A stretch of 32,000 nucleotides of DNA from NCBI RefSeq assembly GCF_000018305.1, contig NC_009954.1, forward strand, positions 2,010,001 through 2,042,000, given 5' to 3'. The position numbers and the translations under genes were made by a program. Below the pieces are notes generated by a model. It worked only from the letters and a program-made list of their open reading frames with translations. It had not been told where the DNA came from and made no database searches. The DNA comes from Caldivirga maquilingensis IC-167. GTDB taxonomy: Archaea > Thermoproteota > Thermoprotei > Thermoproteales > Thermocladiaceae. Of this stretch, positions 8,775 through 16,815 are shown piece by piece. Each line of letters begins with the position of its first letter. The stretch's first letter is position 1.

Positions 8775-9926
8775 GTGGGCGTCTTCGGTGATTCTTATCT
8801 GGGTCAGGAGTATGCTGTCACCCCATGGGAGGTTAAGGGTAAGGTGGATTACTTAAGGTTAGCTAAAGAATTCGGGGTTCAATTATTAACTGAGGATGAC
8901 TTAAACCTACTTAAGGATTTAACAAGTGGCGATGTACATTACTTAATCAGGAGGGGCTTCTTCTATGCGCATAGGGGGTTTAGGGAGATATTGAATAGGG
9001 CTAAGCTGGGTGAGTCATGGGCCCTATACAATGGTAGGGGCCCAAGCGGTGACCTCCACGTTGGTCACCTGGTGCCTTGGATACTTACTAAGTGGTTTGT
9101 GGATAAGTTTAATGTACAGTACTTCTTTGAACTCACTGATGATGAGAAATTCCTGGTTAGGGAGGGTTACACGCTTGAGGAGACTAATAGGTTGGCTTAC
9201 GATAATGCCCTAAGCCTAATAGCCCTCGGCTTCACGCCTGATAAGTTACACATAATCGTGGATTCCGATGATATTAAGTACCTCTATAAGATAGCCGTTA
9301 AGGTTGCTAAGAAGCTCACCTTATCCACTGTTAAGAATACCTTCGGCTTCACTGATTCAAACAACATTGGTGCCGCCTTCTTCCCAGCCATTGAAATAGC
9401 CGTAGCCTTCCTGCCAACTGAATTATTCGGTAAGGAAACCCCAGTATTAATACCAACCGCCATAGACCAGGACCCGTACTTCAGGCTTGCTAGGGATGTT
9501 GCTGAATCCCTCAATTACCCTAAGCCAGCCACATTATACAGTAAATTCCTCCCAGGATTAACCGGTGAGGATAAGATGAGTGCCTCCAACCCAGACTCAG
9601 CACTCTACGTTAATGATGATGAAAGGGAAGTTAGGAGGAAGATAATGAACGCCTTCACCGGTGGTCAACCAACAGTTGAGCTTCAACGTAGATTAGGCGG
9701 TAACCCGGATTCATGCCCAGTCTACAAGTATCACATGCTCATTGATGAAAATGATGAGGCAGTTAAGAAGATTTACGACGACTGCAGGGGTGGTAGGCTC
9801 CTCTGCGGGGAATGTAAGCTAATGCTTTATGATAAGGTTAAGTCATTCCTAAGTAGGCATAGGGAGTTGAGGGAGAGGGCTAGGGATAAGGTTAATGACT
9901 ACAGGGTGTCCGTTAAATTCAAGTGA
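8775..9926 (+). CDS. trpS: Tryptophanyl-tRNA synthetase (archaeal/eukaryotic type) with a C-terminal 4-Cys motif
   Basis: Motifs present: AVTPWEV near the N-terminus, HIGH-type GDLHVGH, and KMSKS-type KMSAS. C314-x22-C337-x6-C344-x2-C347 spans nt 9714-9815. The only upstream in-frame start is the GTG at 8775. Confidence 0.88.
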   Translation: MGVFGDSYLGQEYAVTPWEVKGKVDYLRLAKEFGVQLLTEDDLNLLKDLTSGDVHYLIRRGFFYAHRGFREILNRAKLGESWALYNGRGPSGDLHVGHLVPWILTKWFVDKFNVQYFFELTDDEKFLVREGYTLEETNRLAYDNALSLIALGFTPDKLHIIVDSDDIKYLYKIAVKVAKKLTLSTVKNTFGFTDSNNIGAAFFPAIEIAVAFLPTELFGKETPVLIPTAIDQDPYFRLARDVAESLNYPKPATLYSKFLPGLTGEDKMSASNPDSALYVNDDEREVRRKIMNAFTGGQPTVELQRRLGGNPDSCPVYKYHMLIDENDEAVKKIYDDCRGGRLLCGECKLMLYDKVKSFLSRHRELRERARDKVNDYRVSVKFK

Positions 9927-9934
9927 AGGAATGC

Positions 9935-9942
9935 ATTAAAAT
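9935..9942 (+). promoter_or_regulatory. TATA-box-like element for the GH116 gene
   Basis: ATTAAAAT begins 29 nt before the ATG at 9964. Confidence 0.45.
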
Positions 9943-9963
9943 AACTGCACTGTGCTCTAATCC

Positions 9964-11679
9964 ATGAGGGTTTACGCATCCAAATTCTCCTCAGGTATAC
10001 CGCTTGGTGGCTTAGGCACGGGTTCGATTGAGATTTGGCCTGATGGATCCTTTAAGGAATGGTTAATATTCAATAATAGGAAGTGGAGTAACTACGGTGA
10101 ACCGGAGTTCTACGTTAATGACTCAGACCTAGCCTTCATGATTAGGATAGCCCCAGAGGGTTCTGAACCATTGGTTAGGCTACTTAAAACAGGCTTCTGG
10201 GTTGAGACTGACCAGGACTTAACCTACAGGGGATGTGGGCCAAGCGCCGTGATTCACCCATATCACATGCCTTGGTTTAGGCCAGTTAGGGAAATTGAAT
10301 TCACGGGTAAGCCACCCATGGCTATACTCAAGTTCATAGACCCCTCCCTGGAGGAGCATGGGGTTGGCGTGGAATTGGAGGCCTTTGGATCATTAATACC
10401 GGGTAACGTTAATGACTCAGCGATACCAGCTGCCTTCCTTAAATTCAACCTAGTGAATAAGGGGAGGACCACAGTGGAGTTATCATTAATGGGCGTTATG
10501 AGGAATCCGCATAGGATTAATGAGGGCGCCGGTGTTGTTAATAAGTTAATCGAGGGGGAGGGTTATAGTGGGGTTAGCTTCAATGGGTTAAGTATCCCGA
10601 AGACCCACGGTATGTTTAATGGCGAATTAGCGTTAGTTATAATGGGTGGATTCGACTCAGCTGCGACGCTTAGGTTGAATCAGAGGAATAGGGGTGAGTT
10701 CATTAATGCGTTAAGGCGGTTAATGGTTGATTTCAGGGGTGATGGATTATTAAGCGGTGTTACTAATGATGAGGCGTATGGTGTTGACTTATACTCAGCC
10801 CTAACTAAGAGTATTAGACTTAAGCCCGGTGAATCAGCATCAATAGTATTCATTATTGCATGGTATTACCCTAACCACATTGATAATGATGGTGAATTAA
10901 TCGGCCACTACTACGAGAACCTATTCAGGAACATTAAGGGGGTATTGGATTACTCGGTTAAGAACTTTAATAGGCTTTACAGTGATGTTAAGGATTTCGT
11001 GAACTCACTCTACGATACTAATTACGATGAGTGGATAATTGACTTAGCATCATCTCAATTAACCACGTTACCTAAATCAACCTGGCTAACTAAAGACGGG
11101 TACTTCGCTATTTGGGAGGGTGGACCAGGATGCTGCGGCTTAACAACACTTGACGTTGCATTATGGGGTATTGTTGGTGTTGCCCTACTCTACCCCGATC
11201 TAGCAGTTAAGGTTAGTCGCCAATTCTCAGGGTTCATTCTTAAGCCTGGAATGTCACCATTCTATGAATTGTTTGCATTAGCCTTCCCTGAGAACATGAG
11301 ATTATATAGGGAGGCTTTAGCCAAGGACCCAACTATACAGCATGATGTTGAGAAATTCAGAAGCACAGTAAGGGCAATAGTTGAGAAGACTGGGCTTGAT
11401 CCAACGGGCAGGGTGCCTCATGCCTTCAGGGCCAGTGAAAGCAGTGTTGATGGGTACGATAGGAATGATTTAATGCCTGAATTCATACTACTAAGCCTAC
11501 TCAACTACTACTGGACTGGGGATTCATTATTCCTTAGGGATATTTGGGGAAGCGTAAAGACTGTTATTGAAGCTATGTTAAGGCAGCATAATGAAGCCAA
11601 GTTAAACCTACCATACCATACTCCACCATCTGGTTATGAAGGCTCCTCACAGGTGGCTAATGAGCTTGGGAGGGGTTAG
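9964..11679 (+). CDS. GH116 (GBA2-type) beta-glycosidase, N-terminal 571-aa part ending at an in-frame TAG
   Basis: The N-terminus has GIPLGGLGTGSIEIWPDG, a GBA2 N-domain signature. DGYFAIWEGGPGCCGLTTLDV contains the putative nucleophile Glu at nt 11116-11118. TAG lies at 11677-11679. Confidence 0.82.
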   Translation: MRVYASKFSSGIPLGGLGTGSIEIWPDGSFKEWLIFNNRKWSNYGEPEFYVNDSDLAFMIRIAPEGSEPLVRLLKTGFWVETDQDLTYRGCGPSAVIHPYHMPWFRPVREIEFTGKPPMAILKFIDPSLEEHGVGVELEAFGSLIPGNVNDSAIPAAFLKFNLVNKGRTTVELSLMGVMRNPHRINEGAGVVNKLIEGEGYSGVSFNGLSIPKTHGMFNGELALVIMGGFDSAATLRLNQRNRGEFINALRRLMVDFRGDGLLSGVTNDEAYGVDLYSALTKSIRLKPGESASIVFIIAWYYPNHIDNDGELIGHYYENLFRNIKGVLDYSVKNFNRLYSDVKDFVNSLYDTNYDEWIIDLASSQLTTLPKSTWLTKDGYFAIWEGGPGCCGLTTLDVALWGIVGVALLYPDLAVKVSRQFSGFILKPGMSPFYELFALAFPENMRLYREALAKDPTIQHDVEKFRSTVRAIVEKTGLDPTGRVPHAFRASESSVDGYDRNDLMPEFILLSLLNYYWTGDSLFLRDIWGSVKTVIEAMLRQHNEAKLNLPYHTPPSGYEGSSQVANELGRG

Positions 11680-12717
11680 ATGAGGGATGTAATGAGGCTA
11701 CTTTTCAGTGGACCAATGTACTTCCACACAACCGTTAATACGTTTGATACAATGAGCCTACTGGGTATCGCAACATTCACCTCAGACCTATGGATAGCTG
11801 CATTAAAGGCTACTTTAAGCATAGCCAATGAGGCTGGGGATGAGGCCTACGCCAATAAGTTAAGTGAAGTCTTTAACATCGCCTTAAGTAACTTCATTAA
11901 ATACCTGTGGAATGGCGAGTACTTCGACCTATGGTTCGACCCTGTAAGTGGCCTTAGGGATAATGCAGTAATGACCGCTGGCTTAACCGGAGAATGGTAC
12001 CTCAGGGTTCTCTTAGGCTTAGATTACGCCGTGGATAAGGATAAGGTAGTCTCAATGTTAAGGGCAATATACAGGAATAACTTTAAGAAGGGTGAAGGCT
12101 TAATTAACGCCTCATACCCAGGTAAGCCTAGGCCATCACTGGTCGGTGACTTAAAGTACTTCAACAGTACTGGAATACCGTATAGTGTTGGTGGACAAAT
12201 GGATACACCTTGGACTGGTATAGAGATACCTGTTGCAATACACATGATATGGGAGGGATTGGTTAACGAGGGCTTAGAAATACTGCGTAGTGTTCATGAT
12301 AGGTATATTGATTACGGATTATACTGGAACCACGTTGAGTGTGATGGCCATTACTTTAGGCCATTGGTATCACTTGATATACCCAATGCCCTAGCTGGAT
12401 TCAGGTACATTGGGAGGGATAAGTCAATAACAGTAAACCCAAGAATTAAGACACCCATTAGGGGACCTGTGCTTGCACCTGGGTCAGTTATGACACTGGA
12501 CTACGGTGAACATGAGGTTAAGTTAACCGGTAGGATTGGTGAAGTGGAGGTTAGTAAAATAACGCTTAGTGGTTTCATGGGTAAGTCCATTAGGGTCTTC
12601 TACAATGGCGTTGAGGTTAAGGCAGTAGTGAACATTGAGGACGGCCACGTCTCAGTAATTTTAGATAACCCTGTGAAGCTTAGTAGGGGAGGCACATTAA
12701 CTATAATTGGGTATTAG
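11680..12717 (+). CDS. GH116 beta-glycosidase, C-terminal 345-aa part, same frame as the preceding ORF
   Basis: The ATG directly follows the TAG in the same frame. VNTFDTMSLLGIATFTSDLWIAALKA resembles the TYD...LWLAAL acid/base region, with Asp at nt 11746-11748. GGAGG at 11669-11673 lies 6 nt upstream of the ATG. Confidence 0.78.
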   Translation: MRDVMRLLFSGPMYFHTTVNTFDTMSLLGIATFTSDLWIAALKATLSIANEAGDEAYANKLSEVFNIALSNFIKYLWNGEYFDLWFDPVSGLRDNAVMTAGLTGEWYLRVLLGLDYAVDKDKVVSMLRAIYRNNFKKGEGLINASYPGKPRPSLVGDLKYFNSTGIPYSVGGQMDTPWTGIEIPVAIHMIWEGLVNEGLEILRSVHDRYIDYGLYWNHVECDGHYFRPLVSLDIPNALAGFRYIGRDKSITVNPRIKTPIRGPVLAPGSVMTLDYGEHEVKLTGRIGEVEVSKITLSGFMGKSIRVFYNGVEVKAVVNIEDGHVSVILDNPVKLSRGGTLTIIGY

Positions 12718-13175
12718 TGAATCCTTAAGTGAATCCTAATACCAGCCCTCTTAACCCTAACGTATTCATCAGTCTCCCTAATCCTCCTAACGAATAATTC
12801 AACAATAGGCCTAAGCCTCTTAACCTCACTCACTGGTACAGTACCCCATTGGGGACAGTACTTATCAACCACAACACCGTAATCATCATCGTAGTTAAGT
12901 GGGTAAAGCCTACAACCCACCGGCCTATTCTCATAAATCCTACACTTCTTACTGGCCTCATCGAAGAACACGCAGTGACCATTAATATTCTTAAGCCTCC
13001 ATACCCCATATTCCTCATCAAACTCAGCGAAGTAATTGAGACTATAGCCTAACTGCTCAATCCTCTCAATATCCTCAGGCAGCAGCTCCATCCTAGTGTT
13101 CACGCAGCATAATCCACAGAGCGTGCACTTGAATGAGACCTCAACGTACTTTAAATCCTTGAAGACGTTACTCAT
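12714..13175 (-). CDS. CxxCxxCC-motif protein (YkgJ/UPF0153-like putative Fe-S or Zn protein)
   Basis: CTLCGLCC lies near the N-terminus, with further Cys residues (HCVFF, KCRIY, GCRLYP, YCPQWG). I prefer the ATG at 13175 (MSNVFKD...) because a TATTTAAA box starts 32 nt upstream; the track start is the GTG at 13199. There is a 4-nt convergent overlap with the GH116 3' end. Confidence 0.72.
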   Translation of the reverse strand: MSNVFKDLKYVEVSFKCTLCGLCCVNTRMELLPEDIERIEQLGYSLNYFAEFDEEYGVWRLKNINGHCVFFDEASKKCRIYENRPVGCRLYPLNYDDDYGVVVDKYCPQWGTVPVSEVKRLRPIVELFVRRIRETDEYVRVKRAGIRIHLRIH

Positions 13176-13199
13176 GCAGTTAAGTAAAGCCCACCACAC

Positions 13200-13207
13200 T
13201 TTAAATA
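13200..13207 (-). promoter_or_regulatory. TATA-box-like element for the CxxCxxCC gene
   Basis: On the minus strand TATTTAAA begins 32 nt before the ATG at 13175. The same octamer precedes the paralogue at 28736. Confidence 0.45.
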
Positions 13208-13295
13208 ACTTAACCCGATTTGAATTATGTTTGAGTTAATTAGGGGCTTAACCATTGTTGACTAGGAGACGTTGCAAGGTAAGTTTAAGGAAAGA

Positions 13296-13303
13296 CTTAA
13301 ATA
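13296..13303 (+). promoter_or_regulatory. TATA-box-like element for S26e
   Basis: CTTAAATA begins 31 nt before the GTG at 13327. Confidence 0.5.
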
Positions 13304-13326
13304 CTGGGATCTTAATGGTGATATTC

Positions 13327-13773
13327 GTGCCTAAGAAGAGGAAAAACAGGGGGAGACATAAGGGAGATAAGGGTAAGGAGTCGATAGTTTACTGCGATAA
13401 TTGCGGTAAAATGATACCTAGGTCAAAGGCAGTTAGGGTAACTGTACCCTACTCACCAATACCGACTGACTTAGCTAAGGAGCTTGAGAAACAGGGGGCG
13501 ATAGTGCCAAGGTACTACATTACCAAGACCTACTGCGTCAACTGCGCAATCTACCTTGGGATAATTAAGGTTAGGTCTGAGGATGAGAGGAAGAGTAAGA
13601 AGCCAATACTAAGGGGGCAACAGAGGCCGCAAAGGCAATTACCAGTGGCAGCCTCAGCGGCTGCTGCACCAGCGGCATCAACAGCATCACCAACTCAACC
13701 AACTGAAGGTAATGCGCAGGCTGAGTCAAATAATAAGCCAAGTGAGAATACTAGTCAAAGCACCTCGAAGTAA
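13327..13773 (+). CDS. rps26e: Ribosomal protein S26e with a long low-complexity C-terminal tail
   Basis: The GTG at 13327 gives (M)PKKRKNRGRHKGDKGKESIVYCDNCGKMIPRSKAVRV...YCVNCAIYLGIIKVRS, the typical S26e zinc-ribbon layout. The track start at 13255 adds 24 non-conserved residues and lies upstream of the TATA box. Confidence 0.88.
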   Translation: MPKKRKNRGRHKGDKGKESIVYCDNCGKMIPRSKAVRVTVPYSPIPTDLAKELEKQGAIVPRYYITKTYCVNCAIYLGIIKVRSEDERKSKKPILRGQQRPQRQLPVAASAAAAPAASTASPTQPTEGNAQAESNNKPSENTSQSTSK

Positions 13774-13857
13774 GGGCAGTAAGCTTAAGCAACGTAATCA
13801 CTAGGTATTGTTAATTCATGGAAAAACTTATAAACCATAATGGACTTGGCGTTTAAA

Positions 13858-13948
13858 GGGCCCGTAGTCTAGCTTGGTTAGGATGCCCGCCTGACGATGC
13901 ATGGCATCAGATCGCGGGAGATCCCGGGTTCAAGTCCCGGCGGGCCCA
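13858..13948 (+). tRNA. tRNA-Val(GAC): tRNA-Val (anticodon GAC) with a 16-nt intron at the canonical 37/38 position
   Basis: The acceptor pairs GGGCCCG with CGGGCCC, and the discriminator is A. The anticodon stem pairs CCCGC with GCGGG, in a loop CUGACG[intron 13897-13912]C. The T arm is CCGGG-UUCAAGU-CCCGG. No CCA is encoded. Confidence 0.9.
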
Positions 13949-13968
13949 CTATTTGGTTTAGAATAATG

Positions 13969-13976
13969 CTTAAATA
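13969..13976 (+). promoter_or_regulatory. TATA-box-like element for the heptad-repeat protein gene
   Basis: CTTAAATA begins 32 nt before the ATG at 14001. The track start ATG at 13977 directly abuts the 3' end of this box. Confidence 0.45.
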
Positions 13977-14000
13977 ATGCTTAAGCTTGAAGGCAATATA

Positions 14001-15137
14001 ATGAGAATAAACATGCATTTAATCATAGTGATAGCATTAGCGTTAGTGCTAATAATTGAACTCCTACTAGCCATCGGTAACATTAGTAGGAGCTACGTAG
14101 ACATTAGAAGTAGCTACATTAACCTAAAGATTAATTACACATCCCTTAAGTCAACGTATAATGCATTAAAGCTAAATTACTCAATAATAAGCACTAACTT
14201 CACTTCATTGAGGGGTAGCTTCATGAATTTAACAAGGCAATATAACATACTCCTCACTAAATATAATTTAACAATACGAATATACTATAATGTTAATACT
14301 AAATATAATGAATGCATTAATGCAACAAACATGCTTAATGCTAGGATAATTAATTATACTAATATAATCAATGAATTATATATTAATTTAACTGAATCAA
14401 GTAATAGAATTAAGTCATTAACCAATTCCCTAAACATCTGTAACTCAACCTTAGCAACGCTCACCAGTAACTATATGAATAAGACTAAGGCATTATCGAA
14501 CTATATCGCAAACCTATACAGGAATTACACTGCATTAAGCATGAAGTATGATTCATTGAAGAATAACTACACTAGGTTAATGATTACTCTTGAGGAATAT
14601 AATAATACATTACTTAAACTCAATAATACGGTTAATTACTTAGCATCAGGTGGCTATGTTTATGAGTATGGATCCACGAACCTTGGATCATCATGCAGTA
14701 TGCTAATAATGAATAATGGCGGCGGCTTAGGTACTATTAAGGTGATGATTAATTCATCAGTAAGTGTAGCTGATAAGATATTAAGTTACGGTAATCCGAT
14801 TATGTTAATAATAGATATACCGGTGACTCAAGGCAACCCTATCCTAGCTGTGTTGGGGACTATTAGTATACAGAATGGTGTAATAGTGCTGGCATCTAAT
14901 ATAACTATTAATAATTACGGTAATGGGAGTATTGAGTTAGTGAACCCAATAAACATAATAAGTAGTTTCACGGTCGTCGACACTGTTATTCTCCCCAGTA
15001 AACCATACTACGTGGGTACGCTTACAATAACTTCATATGATTCATCTAAGCCCTTCGCCTTTAACCTACTCTACTCGCTTCAGAATCAGAATGCGGTATC
15101 AACGTTATGCATCATTAAGGTTAAAGGCACTGGTTAA
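14001..15137 (+). CDS. N-terminally anchored surface protein: one TM helix, an Asn/Tyr-rich coiled-coil stalk of about 26 heptads, and a C-terminal beta-rich domain
   Basis: MRINMHLIIVIALALVLIIELLLAIG forms the TM helix. Nt 14091-14636 read as uninterrupted heptads (SYINLKI NYTSLKS TYNALKL NYSIIST NFTSLRG ...). I count about 18 N-x-S/T sequons. Local GC in the heptad-coding part is about 22-30%. Confidence 0.72.
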   Translation: MRINMHLIIVIALALVLIIELLLAIGNISRSYVDIRSSYINLKINYTSLKSTYNALKLNYSIISTNFTSLRGSFMNLTRQYNILLTKYNLTIRIYYNVNTKYNECINATNMLNARIINYTNIINELYINLTESSNRIKSLTNSLNICNSTLATLTSNYMNKTKALSNYIANLYRNYTALSMKYDSLKNNYTRLMITLEEYNNTLLKLNNTVNYLASGGYVYEYGSTNLGSSCSMLIMNNGGGLGTIKVMINSSVSVADKILSYGNPIMLIIDIPVTQGNPILAVLGTISIQNGVIVLASNITINNYGNGSIELVNPINIISSFTVVDTVILPSKPYYVGTLTITSYDSSKPFAFNLLYSLQNQNAVSTLCIIKVKGTG

Positions 15138-15742
15138 GAGGCCTCAGTGACCTCACCGTAATCCATGGGCATAGTATCACTCTCTGTTAACTCTATTTCA
15201 ACCGCTAATTCCGTTAACTCATTGTACTTACCATATGTCTTAACTATGGAGAGTATTGATAATGCTGATAGTAGTAGGAATACTCCACTGAAGGCTATTC
15301 CAATATTTGATACTATTATTACGTAGCCATTATTGAAGTATATACTTATGGGTAATGGAATCACCAGTAGTAGGCCTAAGGCCAGTAGTGAACTTGGGAT
15401 GAGTAACTTGAATAAGGTATTATTACCATTGAATACATTATTAGTTTCCTTACTGTAGATTAACCTAGTTACCGCCAGTATGATCAACCCAACTACCGCA
15501 GATACTACTGATAATTCGAAGAATAAGTGATACAATTTATTAAGGGATAATGTTACGAAGATTACACCATTAGGATTATCATTTATCACTATTGAACTTA
15601 AGGGCAGGGTTAACGTTAATTGTGTTGAGAACCCCTTATCAAAGGCTATGAATGTTGAGAAACCAATGCTGGTGAAGTATATGAAAATAAGCAACGCCAC
15701 TGCAGCAGCATACACTATCATAATAATGTTTAACCTATTCAT
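15134..15742 (-). CDS. Polytopic membrane protein with an acidic C-terminal tail, unknown function
   Basis: 202 aa with about 5 hydrophobic helices. The tail is ELTELAVEIELTESDTMPMDYGEVTEAS. There is a 4-nt convergent overlap with the previous gene. On the minus strand CTTATAAA begins 34 nt upstream of the ATG. Confidence 0.6.
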   Translation of the reverse strand: MNRLNIIMIVYAAAVALLIFIYFTSIGFSTFIAFDKGFSTQLTLTLPLSSIVINDNPNGVIFVTLSLNKLYHLFFELSVVSAVVGLIILAVTRLIYSKETNNVFNGNNTLFKLLIPSSLLALGLLLVIPLPISIYFNNGYVIIVSNIGIAFSGVFLLLSALSILSIVKTYGKYNELTELAVEIELTESDTMPMDYGEVTEAS

Positions 15743-15939
15743 TAATGCTACAAGTTAATTAACTGATTTATAAGTATTCAGCCATTAAGTTCACATCTGA
15801 TCTTCAGAATGAGTATACTTCATAGATTTAAGTTACTTACCTAGTGCTTAAAGCCTCATTGATTGCGACCAGTGATGATATTACCCATTGAACCATTAAA
15901 CATGAATCACAGGTTAACGAGGAATAACCCATATAACCC

Positions 15940-16797
15940 CTAAAGGTGAGGGGAATGCTTAATTAGGAGGGATTCTTGAACAGCCTGGAAGCCTATGCTC
16001 CTATATGCTCTTAAGGCTGGTTCATTATCCTCATCAACGTGAAGCATTGCCATTGCTCCGCTTGCTAAGGCATCCTTAACTATTGCTGACACCACGGACT
16101 TGGCTAACCCCATGTTCCTGTATTCGGGTAAAGTAACAACATCACCAATAACCCATAATTCAGGTAACTTAATGTAAGTACCCCCCAGTGAAACCAGTCT
16201 ATTACCTTTAAATGCTCCGTAGTAATGCCAGTGTGGTGAAGTGAGTCTTGCCTCGGCCTCAGCCTTACTCATCTTAATAATCCCAGTGAACTCATCTACA
16301 TCCCGTAGGTTAAGTCTCCTAACACTATGCCTACTGTACTCCCTAAACGTATCGCTACTGCAAACCATTGTTAGAAGCCTTGAAACCTCAACACCCCCAT
16401 TCATGCTTAGTCCCTTAATAAGATTCATTACAACCTCCTGTTTAGTTAATGCATGTATTACCACGCTTCCAAGGCTTCTAACATCAATTGGTATTTCATC
16501 CACGTTACCAAACACATGCATTGATGACACGTAACCCCTCCAGAGAAGTACGTAACCGGTTATCCTACTTCCACTTAAGTTAAGGTATAGTTCAGTGTAC
16601 TCGGGGTAATATAATATATTATACATTAGATACACGTATTGAATAGGGTTCTCTAGGTAATGCCTCTTCAATACGCTTAATAGGCTCCTATTAAGTGCAT
16701 TAAAGAGACTAAGCATGAATACTTGCATTAATCCAGTGTTCAGCATGTTTAAATAGTTAATCACCTTTAAGGCATCAACACTCATTAAAGTAAACAT
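15940..16797 (-). CDS. GNAT-family N-acetyltransferase with an N-terminal extension of about 170 aa
   Basis: The C-terminal region VVTLPEYRNMGLAKSVVSAIVKDA...EDNEPALRAYRSIGF carries the GNAT motif A pattern. GGAGG (16802-16806, minus strand) lies 4 nt before the ATG. The gene sits 18 nt downstream of the deacetylase gene. Confidence 0.8.
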   Translation of the reverse strand: MFTLMSVDALKVINYLNMLNTGLMQVFMLSLFNALNRSLLSVLKRHYLENPIQYVYLMYNILYYPEYTELYLNLSGSRITGYVLLWRGYVSSMHVFGNVDEIPIDVRSLGSVVIHALTKQEVVMNLIKGLSMNGGVEVSRLLTMVCSSDTFREYSRHSVRRLNLRDVDEFTGIIKMSKAEAEARLTSPHWHYYGAFKGNRLVSLGGTYIKLPELWVIGDVVTLPEYRNMGLAKSVVSAIVKDALASGAMAMLHVDEDNEPALRAYRSIGFQAVQESLLIKHSPHL

Positions 16798-16815
16798 AAA
16801 GCCTCCAGTTAACCC

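Noticed and set aside
7423-12245. Antisense or alternate-frame ORFs 7423-7644, 9010-9213, 9284-9514, 10263-10472 and 12024-12245.
   Set aside because: They are embedded in the thiolase, TrpRS and GH116 coding regions, are short (67-78 aa), and have no independent signals.
12830-13052. ORFs 12830-13021 (-) and 12849-13052 (+) within the CxxCxxCC gene.
   Set aside because: They are alternate frames of a gene whose Cys motifs define the real frame.
15880-15939. A C-box-like GUGAUGA upstream of the GNAT 3' end, and similar weak matches at 20860-21000.
   Set aside because: No matching D box or terminal stem is present. These are single degenerate motifs in AT-rich spacers.
13858-15940. An integrated mobile element at tRNA-Val(GAC), suggested by the low-GC islet directly downstream of a tRNA.
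   Set aside because: I found no integrase gene and no direct repeat of the tRNA 3' half downstream (region 15743-15939 checked by eye). The low GC is largely explained by the Asn/Tyr/Ile/Lys-rich coding. It is kept as a finding on the proteins only.
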